In this document: positions 54,455 to 64,000 of the stretch, in pieces
How positions within the stretch are numbered: position 1 is the first letter of the stretch
Layout: every line of letters begins with the position of its first letter
From: Eledone cirrhosa
Lineage: Eukaryota
Length of the DNA: 64,000 nucleotides
Assembly (NCBI GenBank): GCA_964016885.1
Contig: OZ024756.1
Span: forward strand, 13,392,001-13,456,000
Direction of reading: 5' to 3'
Translations under genes and position numbers: made by a program
Notes under the pieces: generated by a model
The model's input: only the letters and a program-made list of their open reading frames with translations
The model's database searches: none
Told to the model about the DNA's origin: nothing

Positions 54455-56732
54455 GGTTGAAGAATTTCACTTTCTATCGGCAAGATCTCATACGGCTGTT
54501 TACAGAAACCATTAAGGGCACACAAGAACTGCCCAGATGGTTATCAACTGCCACTACTCTCCTCATTCCCAAAAATAGCCAAACCACCCTTGCTAAAAAT
54601 TACCGCCCAATTGCCTGCCAAAACATCATGTATAAATTATATACTGGGTGCCTTAACCTGTTCTTACAAGATCACTGTGCTACCAACAACATCATAACAC
54701 CTGAGCAAGCTGGTGGAAAGAGGGAGGTGTGGGGTTGCATAGATCACCTACTAACTAACAAAATGATTCAGGAAAAAACAACAAAGAATCGCAGAAACAT
54801 GACTGTCGTGTGGCTGGACTATCAAAAAGCATTTGATAGTGTACCTCATGGGTGGATTATTAAGGCTTTACAGTTAGCTAAAGTCCCACAACCATTAGTA
54901 GCTGCTGTTGAACGCCTGACCAAGAACTGGTACACCAATTTGATCCTTAGAGGTGAGAAGGAGCAGGTTATGACTGATAGGATACATTACCAGAAGGGCA
55001 TCTTTCAGGGTGATAGCTTGTCAGTACTACTCTTCGTTCTCTCACTGAATCCACTATCTTACCTACTCAGGAAACAAGGTGGACAAAGAAGTGGGCCCAG
55101 AAGTATCTCCCATCTTTTCTTTGTTGATGACCTGAAGTTGTATGGGCCAAATATCAATGACATCAAGAAACAATTGGACCTCATTACACAATTTTCAACC
55201 GACATCAAAATGAAATTTGGTGAGTCCAAGTGTGCATATTTGGCAGTAAAACGTGGAAGAGCTGTGCCCTCCTCTAGAAATCTAGATATGAACGGCCTGA
55301 CAATACAACCTCTGCAGTCAGGTGACAACTACAGATATCTTGGACAGGATGAGAATGTCAGATATGATGGACCCATAAATAAGGAGAGAACCAGAACTGA
55401 ATACCTCAGAAGAGTAAAAAAAATATGGTCATCAGAACTGTCAGCATACAACAAATACATTGCCCACAATACCTATGCTGTGCCAATTCTAACGCCAACA
55501 TTTGGCCTACTGAACTGGTCATTGCAAGAACTAAGTGAGATGGATGTTAGAACTCGTAAACTTCTCAGTGTTACTGGGAACTTTAACATCAATGGTGATG
55601 TGGATAGGCTATACTTCTCACGCAAGGAAGGTGGCCGGGGTCTAAAATCAATATTAACAACATATGAAACCCGGATAGTAACACTGAAGCAACACCTTCA
55701 ACAGAGGAAAAAGGTTGGCGACCATCTTGCTCAGGTTTATGAGCATGAAAAAAGAAATATCATTAGAATAGCGACTGATCTGGAGGAGAGATATGGAATA
55801 AAGCCTGATATAAATCTCTCACCCAGAGAAATCGGAAGATCCTATTCAATGTTCAAACAAGAAAAAAAAATTGACCAATTTACAGAGAAAGTTGTGCATG
55901 GATACTTGAGGCGTAAAACACAGACCATAGAGGGGATAAACCACTCAAAAAGCCTGGCATGGAGTTCCGACAAGTTTATGACATCACACCTTGAGGGATA
56001 TCTCTATGCAATACAGGAACAAGAACTCCCTACCAAATATCTGCTGCACAAAAGAGGAGGGCCAGCAGCTGACAATAAATGTAGGCTATGTAAAACAAAG
56101 ATCGAGGATGTAAGCCACATTGTTGCCAGCTGCGAAAGAATGTCATCTCGCTACTACCTCCCCATGAGACACGATGGGATAGCTAGAACTATCTGGAACG
56201 CACTTCGGAAAATAAAATTAACAACAAACGAGGAAGAATATATTGAGACAGATGGCACTAAGGAATACTGGTGGAACCTGAAAATAAAAACTGCCACCAA
56301 ATTAAAGCACAACCGGCCTGATATTGTAGTTTGGGACCACACATTGAAAACGTGTTCTGTTGTGGAGATCAGCTGCCCACTTGATGTAAACGTTGTCAGA
56401 AAAATACAGGAGAAGGAGGACATCTACGGACCATTGATGAGGAGCTTACAAATCCAGTATCCAAGATACACCTTTAGCTTCATACCCATCATTATTGGTG
56501 CTACGGGTTATATACCAACCCGCTTGGACCAAAGTATGACCGAACTTGGATTTGCGGACAAAAAGCGCAGCTCCCTAATTCATAGTCTACAAATGGTTGC
56601 GATAGCTGGCACCTTCAAAATATGCAAAACATTCTTGCGATTCAAGGGATGACAATTTCTTTTCTTTTACAACCTTGCCACCAGGAAGGTGGCCGGTCAA
56701 AAAAATATACTCGAAATTAAGAGAAAGAGAAA
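54455..56732 (+). mobile_element. R4/Dong-like non-LTR retrotransposon (RT + CCHC + restriction-like endonuclease), 5'-truncated, uninterrupted ORF 54457-56652
   Basis: NYRPIAC, WLDYQKAFDSVPH, GIFQGDSLS, LFFVDDLKLY, YRYLG, R.EGGRGL, CRLCKTKIEDVSHIVASC, RHD, RPDIVVWD..VVEISCP, IIIGATG. (TACA)n on both sides. Confidence 0.92.
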
Positions 56733-56956
56733 ACATACATACATACATACATACATACATACATACATACATACATACATACATACATACATACATAAAT
56801 ACATACATACATACATACATACATACATACATACATACATACATAAATACATACATACATACATACATACATACATACATACATACATACATAAATACAT
56901 ACATACATACATACATACATACATACATACATACATACATACATACATACATACAT

Positions 56957-58410
56957 GCATCTGGAGTTCTCCTCTATTCAGAGAGGTGCATCCTCGCGAG
57001 GTGGAGAGAATAATTTGCTGATCTCCTAAACCCGATCACAAGAACATCTTCGGATGTACACGAGGTGAATCTGGGAGCAGTGACTAATCTTTCAGTGGCT
57101 GAGGTCGCAAGAGCAGTTAAAGAGCACAAATGTGGTAATCCCTGAGGAAGATGAAATTCAGCCTGAGATGTTAAAAACCTTAAATAGAGAAGGTATTCTC
57201 TGGCTGACACGTGCGTGCCGGGTGGCCTAGATTTCCGGAAGGGCACCTAAGCAGTGGCAATCAGGAATGATAATCCCAATTTTCAAAAAGGGAGACAAGA
57301 GAGATTGTTCCAATTACAGAGGGATCTCCTTGTTAAGGCTCCCGGTAAAGTCTATGCTAAGTATCTGGCAAAGAGATCCAGTGAAATTGTCGAGTCCAAG
57401 TTAGCTGATGAACAGTGGTTTTCGTCCCGGATGCAGCACAGCTGACCAAATATTCACACTGCAGCAGGTATTTGAGAAATCCTAGACGTATTGCCAAGAA
57501 GTATATTCTTGTTTTGTCGACCCTAAGAAAGGCATATGACTGCGTTCCTCGGGACCTGCTGTGGAAGGTTGTGCAGGAGTATGGGATTGATGGTCAGTTT
57601 CTTGCTAACCTTATGTCTCTATATGAATGCCTGAGTATTTGTGTTCGGATAAATGGTGCTAAATCGAAACCATTCAATATAAGAGCCTGACTCCGCCAAG
57701 GGTGCATGCTGTCACTGCTCCTCTTCATTATTTACATGAACAGGATTGACATGCCCAGCCAGGTTGGAAGTGGTATCATGACTGGCAGGTGGAGAATCAG
57801 TGGGCTGGAATTTGCAGACGACATGGCGTTAATTAACTAGACAAGATAATCTTCGACTTGCACTTGAAAGGTTTGATGCCGAGTGCTGCATGGCTGGAAT
57901 GTAAATCAGTGCTGCGAAAACTGAGACATTCGTCGTCTCAAGGAAGCATGCACAGTGCACTACATGTGAATGAGGTTCCATTGAAGCAGCTAGAGAAGTT
58001 CAAGAACCTCAGGGTCGTGTTCACAAGTTATGGAAGGCAGGTGGCTTAATTAAGTGCAAGAATTGCAAAAGCTGGTGTAGTAATACGTCAGCTTGAGCAT
58101 TCAGTAATCAGAAAAAGGGAGGTAGGCATAAAAGCCAAACTCACTGTCTTCAATTCGGTTTTCGTGCCATCCCTTACCTATGGTCATGAGTCTTGGTGAA
58201 TGATTGACAGAATACGGTCGTGAATACAAGCGGCCCAAATGGGATGCCTAGGAAGGGTCTTTGGAATAACATTATTCGATAAAGTGCATAGCTCAGAGAT
58301 CAGAGAGTCACCCCAGAGTCATTCTAAAGCAGTTACTTCTCCGAATTGAGAGATCACAGCTCCGATACTATGGCAAAATGCTTAGAATGTCCCAGGAAAG
58401 AATCGCTGGA
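56957..58410 (+). mobile_element. Decayed RTE (second family) RT
   Basis: PIFKKGD..CSNYRGISL, FVDL.KAYD.VPR, LRQGCMLSLLLF, FADD, YGHESW, with many stops and frameshifts. Confidence 0.85.
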
Positions 58411-58489
58411 CTGAGAACATCCATCTGCTTGGCTGGTGAAATGGCTAACTAAATTTAATAATACAGTTAACCATTTGAATTATTTCAGG

Positions 58490-59080
58490 ATAGTTTTGAC
58501 AGTGACAACAACAACTACGTCGACTGTAACAACAATAACTACGTCAACAGTAACAACAACGACGGCGTCAACAGTAACAACAACGACTACGTCGACAGTA
58601 ACAACAATAACGTCAACAACAACAACGACGACGTCAACAGTAAAAACAACAACGACGTCAACAGTAACAACAACGACGACGTCAACAGTAAAAACAACAA
58701 CGACGTCAACAGTAACAACAACGACGGCGTCAACAGTAACAACAACGACTACGTCGACAGTAACAACAATAACGTCAACAACAACAACGACGACGTCAAC
58801 TGTAACAACAACGACGGCGTCAACTGTAACAACAACGACGACGTCAACATTAACAACAATAACGTCAACAACAACAACGACGGCGTCGACAGTAACAACA
58901 ATAACGTCAACAACAACAACGACGACGTCAACAGTAACAACAACGACGACGTCAACAGTAACAACAACGACGACGTCAACAGTAACAACAACGACGACGT
59001 CGACAGTAACAACGACGACGTCAACAGTAACAACAACGACGACGTAAACAGTAACAATGACAACCATGTCAACATCTACA
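58490..59080 (+). repeat. Trinucleotide-based minisatellite (about 24-bp acagtaacaacaacgacgacgtca units)
   Basis: Direct. Open in a Thr-rich frame and in an Asn/Asp-rich frame; coding status unsupported. Confidence 0.85.
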
Positions 59081-59336
59081 ACTTAATAGTAATTGAAAAT
59101 AAACAGGAAAACGTGAAAATGCATTTTATTTATTTATTTTACATTTGAAAGGTAAATTGCCACAGATTTGTGTGATTATTCTTCATCCACACACCTGTGT
59201 ACTTCCGTTTTGTATTTGTCACACCATCATGTCAATCTTGTCCTTTTCTTAAACGTCACATGACTCCTTTTACCAACATACGCCAGTCTCTCAGTTTAAT
59301 ACACTTAGTGATAGACAGAAAGAGAGAGAGATGGAA

Positions 59337-59370
<34 letters not shown>

Positions 59371-59371
59371 G

Positions 59372-59407
<36 letters not shown>

Positions 59408-59615
59408 GAGAGTGAGTGATCTTATTAACCTGCATAGGACCACAGATAACTGCATACTTTGTGTGTGTCAGAGGCTGTTTAGAACACTGGGCTTCCAATT
59501 GTGAGGTTCTGAGTTCGATTCCTTGATCGGGCGATGCGTGACGGTTGTGTTTTATTAAGATACATATTACATATATATGTACACACATATATATATGTAC
59601 ACACATATATATATG

Positions 59616-59664
<49 letters not shown>

Positions 59665-59757
59665 GTAGAACACTGGAAGGTAATATCCGTAGTGGTAGAG
59701 TACTCAGTCATGGGACGACTTAGGTTGAAGTAGTAACGCAACAGTTCGTTCACCATA

Positions 59758-59798
59758 CCGAGAACAATTGTTTCACCTTATGCGGATCTTCAGCTCGG
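59758..59798 (-). ncRNA. Minimal hammerhead ribozyme motif
   Basis: ccgag CTGAAGA t-cc-gcataa-gg-t GAAA caattg TT ctcgg; perfect 5-bp stem I, palindromic stem III. Confidence 0.6.
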
Positions 59799-60399
59799 AC
59801 TGGTCATGGTTATACGGAACAGGAAGAACAACCGTATGAACGCGCATGCACAGAAACGGTCACTTCACCCAAGCGATAAAAAACCAGGCGCGAAATGTGT
59901 AAGGGAGATAACTGCGAAAGTCCGGAAAATATGTTCGAGTTCATTAGAAAATTAGAATGTTGTTGTTATTCAATCTGGAGCTTTGTAGTTATGCAAGAGG
60001 TGTTTCCAGACTTGTGGACAACGTGAGAAGATTTCATATCTTGAATTTGTTATATTCCTTGTTGTTGTAAAATGTGGTTTGGGTTGGTGGTTGTAGATTG
60101 AATGGGGTGTTGCTGTACTGCGAGTATGGGTGTGTGTTTCTATGTGCCATGTTGGATTGTGGTGTTATAGGTGGCATACGTTGTTGGTTGTATCGTGTGG
60201 TGTGGGTTTGTTGTGTATTGTGGAAGCGAGAGTTGAGAAAATGGAAATTACCTTGCTGTCCCCTTGAAGCGGGGAAGTTGTTACACATTTTACAACAACA
60301 AGGAATATAACAAACACAGGAGACCACTTAACATCAGCAGACAACCCCTCTACCCCAACCATTTTTTAGACACAGCACACAGATACAAGCAAACAAAAT

Positions 60400-60705
60400 A
60401 ACACAAGACAGGGAGGAGAAACCGATAGTAATAAAAATTATCAATCTAACTAGTGCAGAACCAACACCCAACCTTATCAACTTACTCTCTAAAGGTCTTA
60501 AATTCACACCGACCCAACTACGTCCTAACTACTATGAAATGAAGGAAGACATCACAGACTTCTGTAGAAAGTTACGACTCAGTGAACAACTATTCGACCA
60601 GTACAATGAGGATGAATCATTAGCCAGAAATAGAAGCAATTACACCCCATCAATAGGTAGAAATAAAATCCTGGACAAATTCTGTGAACACATCACAAAT
60701 CCTAA
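60400..60705 (+). mobile_element. Penelope-like ORF N-terminal fragment
   Basis: KIINLTS....NLINLLSKGLKFTPT....E..EDITDFCRKLRL matches the typical PLE motif (I/V)INLS...LL.KGL.F.P....F.R.LRL. Confidence 0.75.
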
Positions 60706-60756
60706 TTAAACTATTTTTCACTGTGAACAATTTGTCAGCATTTTCTATTCCGTTTA

Positions 60757-60810
<54 letters not shown>

Positions 60811-61105
60811 GGAGGTGAGTTTTATTGTAGTACAATCAAGCAATGCAGATATCGGATAAGAAGCACTCTACAGTTTGTAGGACTGGAGTATGCATAATAT
60901 AAGATCAAAAGATGGTTAAAGGAGTTCCATGTATTTTATTATGCGCATTTCAAAAACAAACATCATCATGCAATGATGATTTTAGCCTTCATATCATGTT
61001 CTCCTGTTTTATCTGATGAAAACACAAATATTATTGCATGATGATGTTTGTTTTTGAAATGCGCATAATAAAATACATGGAACTCCTTTAACCATCTTTT
61101 GATCT

Positions 61106-61172
<67 letters not shown>

Positions 61173-61210
61173 CATATATTTATATATATACATACATATA
61201 TTTATATATG

Positions 61211-61288
<78 letters not shown>

Positions 61289-61886
61289 CATATATTTATA
61301 TATATACATACATATATTTATATATACAGTGACATAAATGGGTACGCATGTTTCGTTGGGTTCTGGGTCGAATTTCTTGAGTCTGTCATGAGAGAGATGG
61401 AAAACAAAGATGGCCGCCTATTGTTGATTGTGCTTTCCCTCTGGGGATATAACAAGAGAGTTCACGCAGGGACAGGTTATTTAGAAAAAGTCTAAGGGAG
61501 TACCCGCAATCATATATACATATACATACACGCGCACACACACATATATATATCTTTTCCTATTACCCACTCTACTACCCTGAGTATTGAGTACTCTGGT
61601 GCGTTATTGTCCACCTGGTTCCTTACCACACTTCCTTCGTTATATATATATATACACATATATGTTGTTTTTATCATTTATTTTGTTTGACCTGCTTAGC
61701 TTGATCTGTTTTTTGGCTTAGGTGGTTAATGCCTTCTTGACAACTTTTTCAGTTTGTATCGCGTTTTAACATATTGTTTAGCTCTAGTTTTCTTAACTAT
61801 TGGAGCGCTTGCCAGCATATCTACGATTTTGCGTTTCGTTTCGCTTTTTCTACCAGACGAAATAGGATTCTCGCTAAATTTATATT

Positions 61887-62031
<145 letters not shown>

Positions 62032-62394
62032 TACATACATATATACATACATATATACATATGTATATATACATATATACATATATATATGTATATATAT
62101 ACATATGCATATATACATATATATATATATACATATATATATATACATATGCATATATACATATATGTATATATATATATACATACACTTATAAATATAT
62201 ATATACATATACATATATACATATACATATATATATATATATATACATATATATATACATATATATACATATACATATATATACATATACATGTACATAT
62301 ATACATATACATATATATATATACATATATATACATATACACGTATATATACACATATATATATACATACATATACATGTATATATACATATCC

Positions 62395-62467
<73 letters not shown>

Positions 62468-62468
62468 T

Positions 62469-62527
<59 letters not shown>

Positions 62528-62646
62528 TACATATATATATATGCTTATATACATCTACTTATATACATATATACATATCCATATATAGATATATATGTAT
62601 ACATATATATAAACATATATATATAAATACATACATATATACATAT

Positions 62647-62713
<67 letters not shown>

Positions 62714-62750
62714 CATACATATATATACATATATACATATTTACATATAC

Positions 62751-62811
<61 letters not shown>

Positions 62812-62851
62812 CATAAACATATATATATATATATACATATACATTTATATA

Positions 62852-62893
<42 letters not shown>

Positions 62894-62943
62894 CATATAC
62901 ATTTATATAAACATATATATATACATACATATACATTTATATA

Positions 62944-63003
<60 letters not shown>

Positions 63004-63021
63004 CATATATACATATACATA

Positions 63022-63053
<32 letters not shown>

Positions 63054-63076
63054 CATACATATATACATACATATAT

Positions 63077-63124
<48 letters not shown>

Positions 63125-63131
<7 letters not shown>

Positions 63132-64000
63132 CATACATACATACATACATACATACATACATACATACATACATAAATACATACATACATACATACATAC
63201 ATACATACATACATAAATACATACATACATACATACATACATACATACATACATACATACATACATACATACATGCATCTGGAGTTCTCCTCTATTCAGA
63301 GAGGTGCATCCTCGCGAGGTGGAGAGAATAATTTGCTGATCTCCTAAATCCGATCACAAGAACATCTTCGGATGTACACGAGGTGAATCTGGGAGCAGTG
63401 ACTAATCTTTCAGTGGCTGAGGTCGCAAGAGCAGTTAAAGAGCACAAATGTGGTAATCCCTGAGGAAGATGAAATTCAGCCTGAGATGTTAAAAACCTTA
63501 AATAGAGAAGGCATTCTCTGGCTGACACGTGCGTGCCGGGTGGCCTAGATTTCCGGAAGGGCACCTAAGCAGTGGCAATCAGGAATGATAATCCCAATTT
63601 TCAAAAAGGGAGACAAGAGAGATTGTTCCAATTACAGAGGGATCTCCTTGTTAAGGCTCCCGGTAAAGTCTATGCTAAGTATCTGGCAAAGAGATCCAGT
63701 GAAATTGTCGAGTCCAAGTTAGCTGATGAACAGTGGTTTTCGTACCGGATGCAGCACAGCTGACCAAATATTCACACTGCAGCAGGTATTTGAGAAATCC
63801 TAGACGTATTGCCAAGAAGTATATTCTTGTTTTGTCGACCCTAAGAAAGTCATATGACTGCGTTCCTCGGGACCTGCTGTGGAAGGTTGTGCAGGAGTAT
63901 GGGATTGATGGTCAGTTTCTTGCTAACCTTATGTCTCTATATGAATGCCTGAGTATTTGTGTTCGGATAAATGGTGCTAAATCGAAACCATTCAATATAA
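63125..64000 (+). repeat. Near-identical duplicate of about 56800-57682 ((TACA)n + decayed RTE), running off the window end
   Basis: Same sequence and same disabling lesions; I saw four substitutions (for example aaacccgatc/aaatccgatc and ggtattctc/ggcattctc). Confidence 0.92.

Overview
Eukaryotic, AT-rich, repeat-saturated genomic DNA. The (TA)n/(TACA)n/(CA)n density and the SINE/LINE repertoire suggest a mollusc, probably an octopod cephalopod; this is inference. Most long ORFs in the track (YIYI/VCVC/THTH) are microsatellite artefacts. Real content: (1) one host gene on + encoding a short-chain collagen C4/spongin NC1-like domain protein, with exons 48821-48898 and 49514-50037 and a probable first exon at 35938-36108; (2) non-LTR retrotransposons: RTE copies carrying a PHD finger inside the RT, a second RTE family, decayed Tx1/L1-clade copies, and a 5'-truncated open R4/Dong-like RT+RLE ORF inside a (TACA)n tract; (3) Penelope-like elements (PLEs), including a head-to-head Naiad-like pair at about 25-28.5 kb; (4) mariner/Tc1 remnants, tRNA-derived SINEs, and 43-, 41-, 29- and 20-bp tandem arrays. 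The most notable pattern, not visible in the ORF track, is eight minimal type-I hammerhead-ribozyme motifs from several families, together with many fold-back palindromes anchored on (TA)n. This fits a microsatellite-targeting PLE/retrozyme system. Also notable is a 3-kb array of a SINE Pol III A-box unit feeding a single B-box. All identifications are by eye from motifs; no database searches were run, and element boundaries are approximate.
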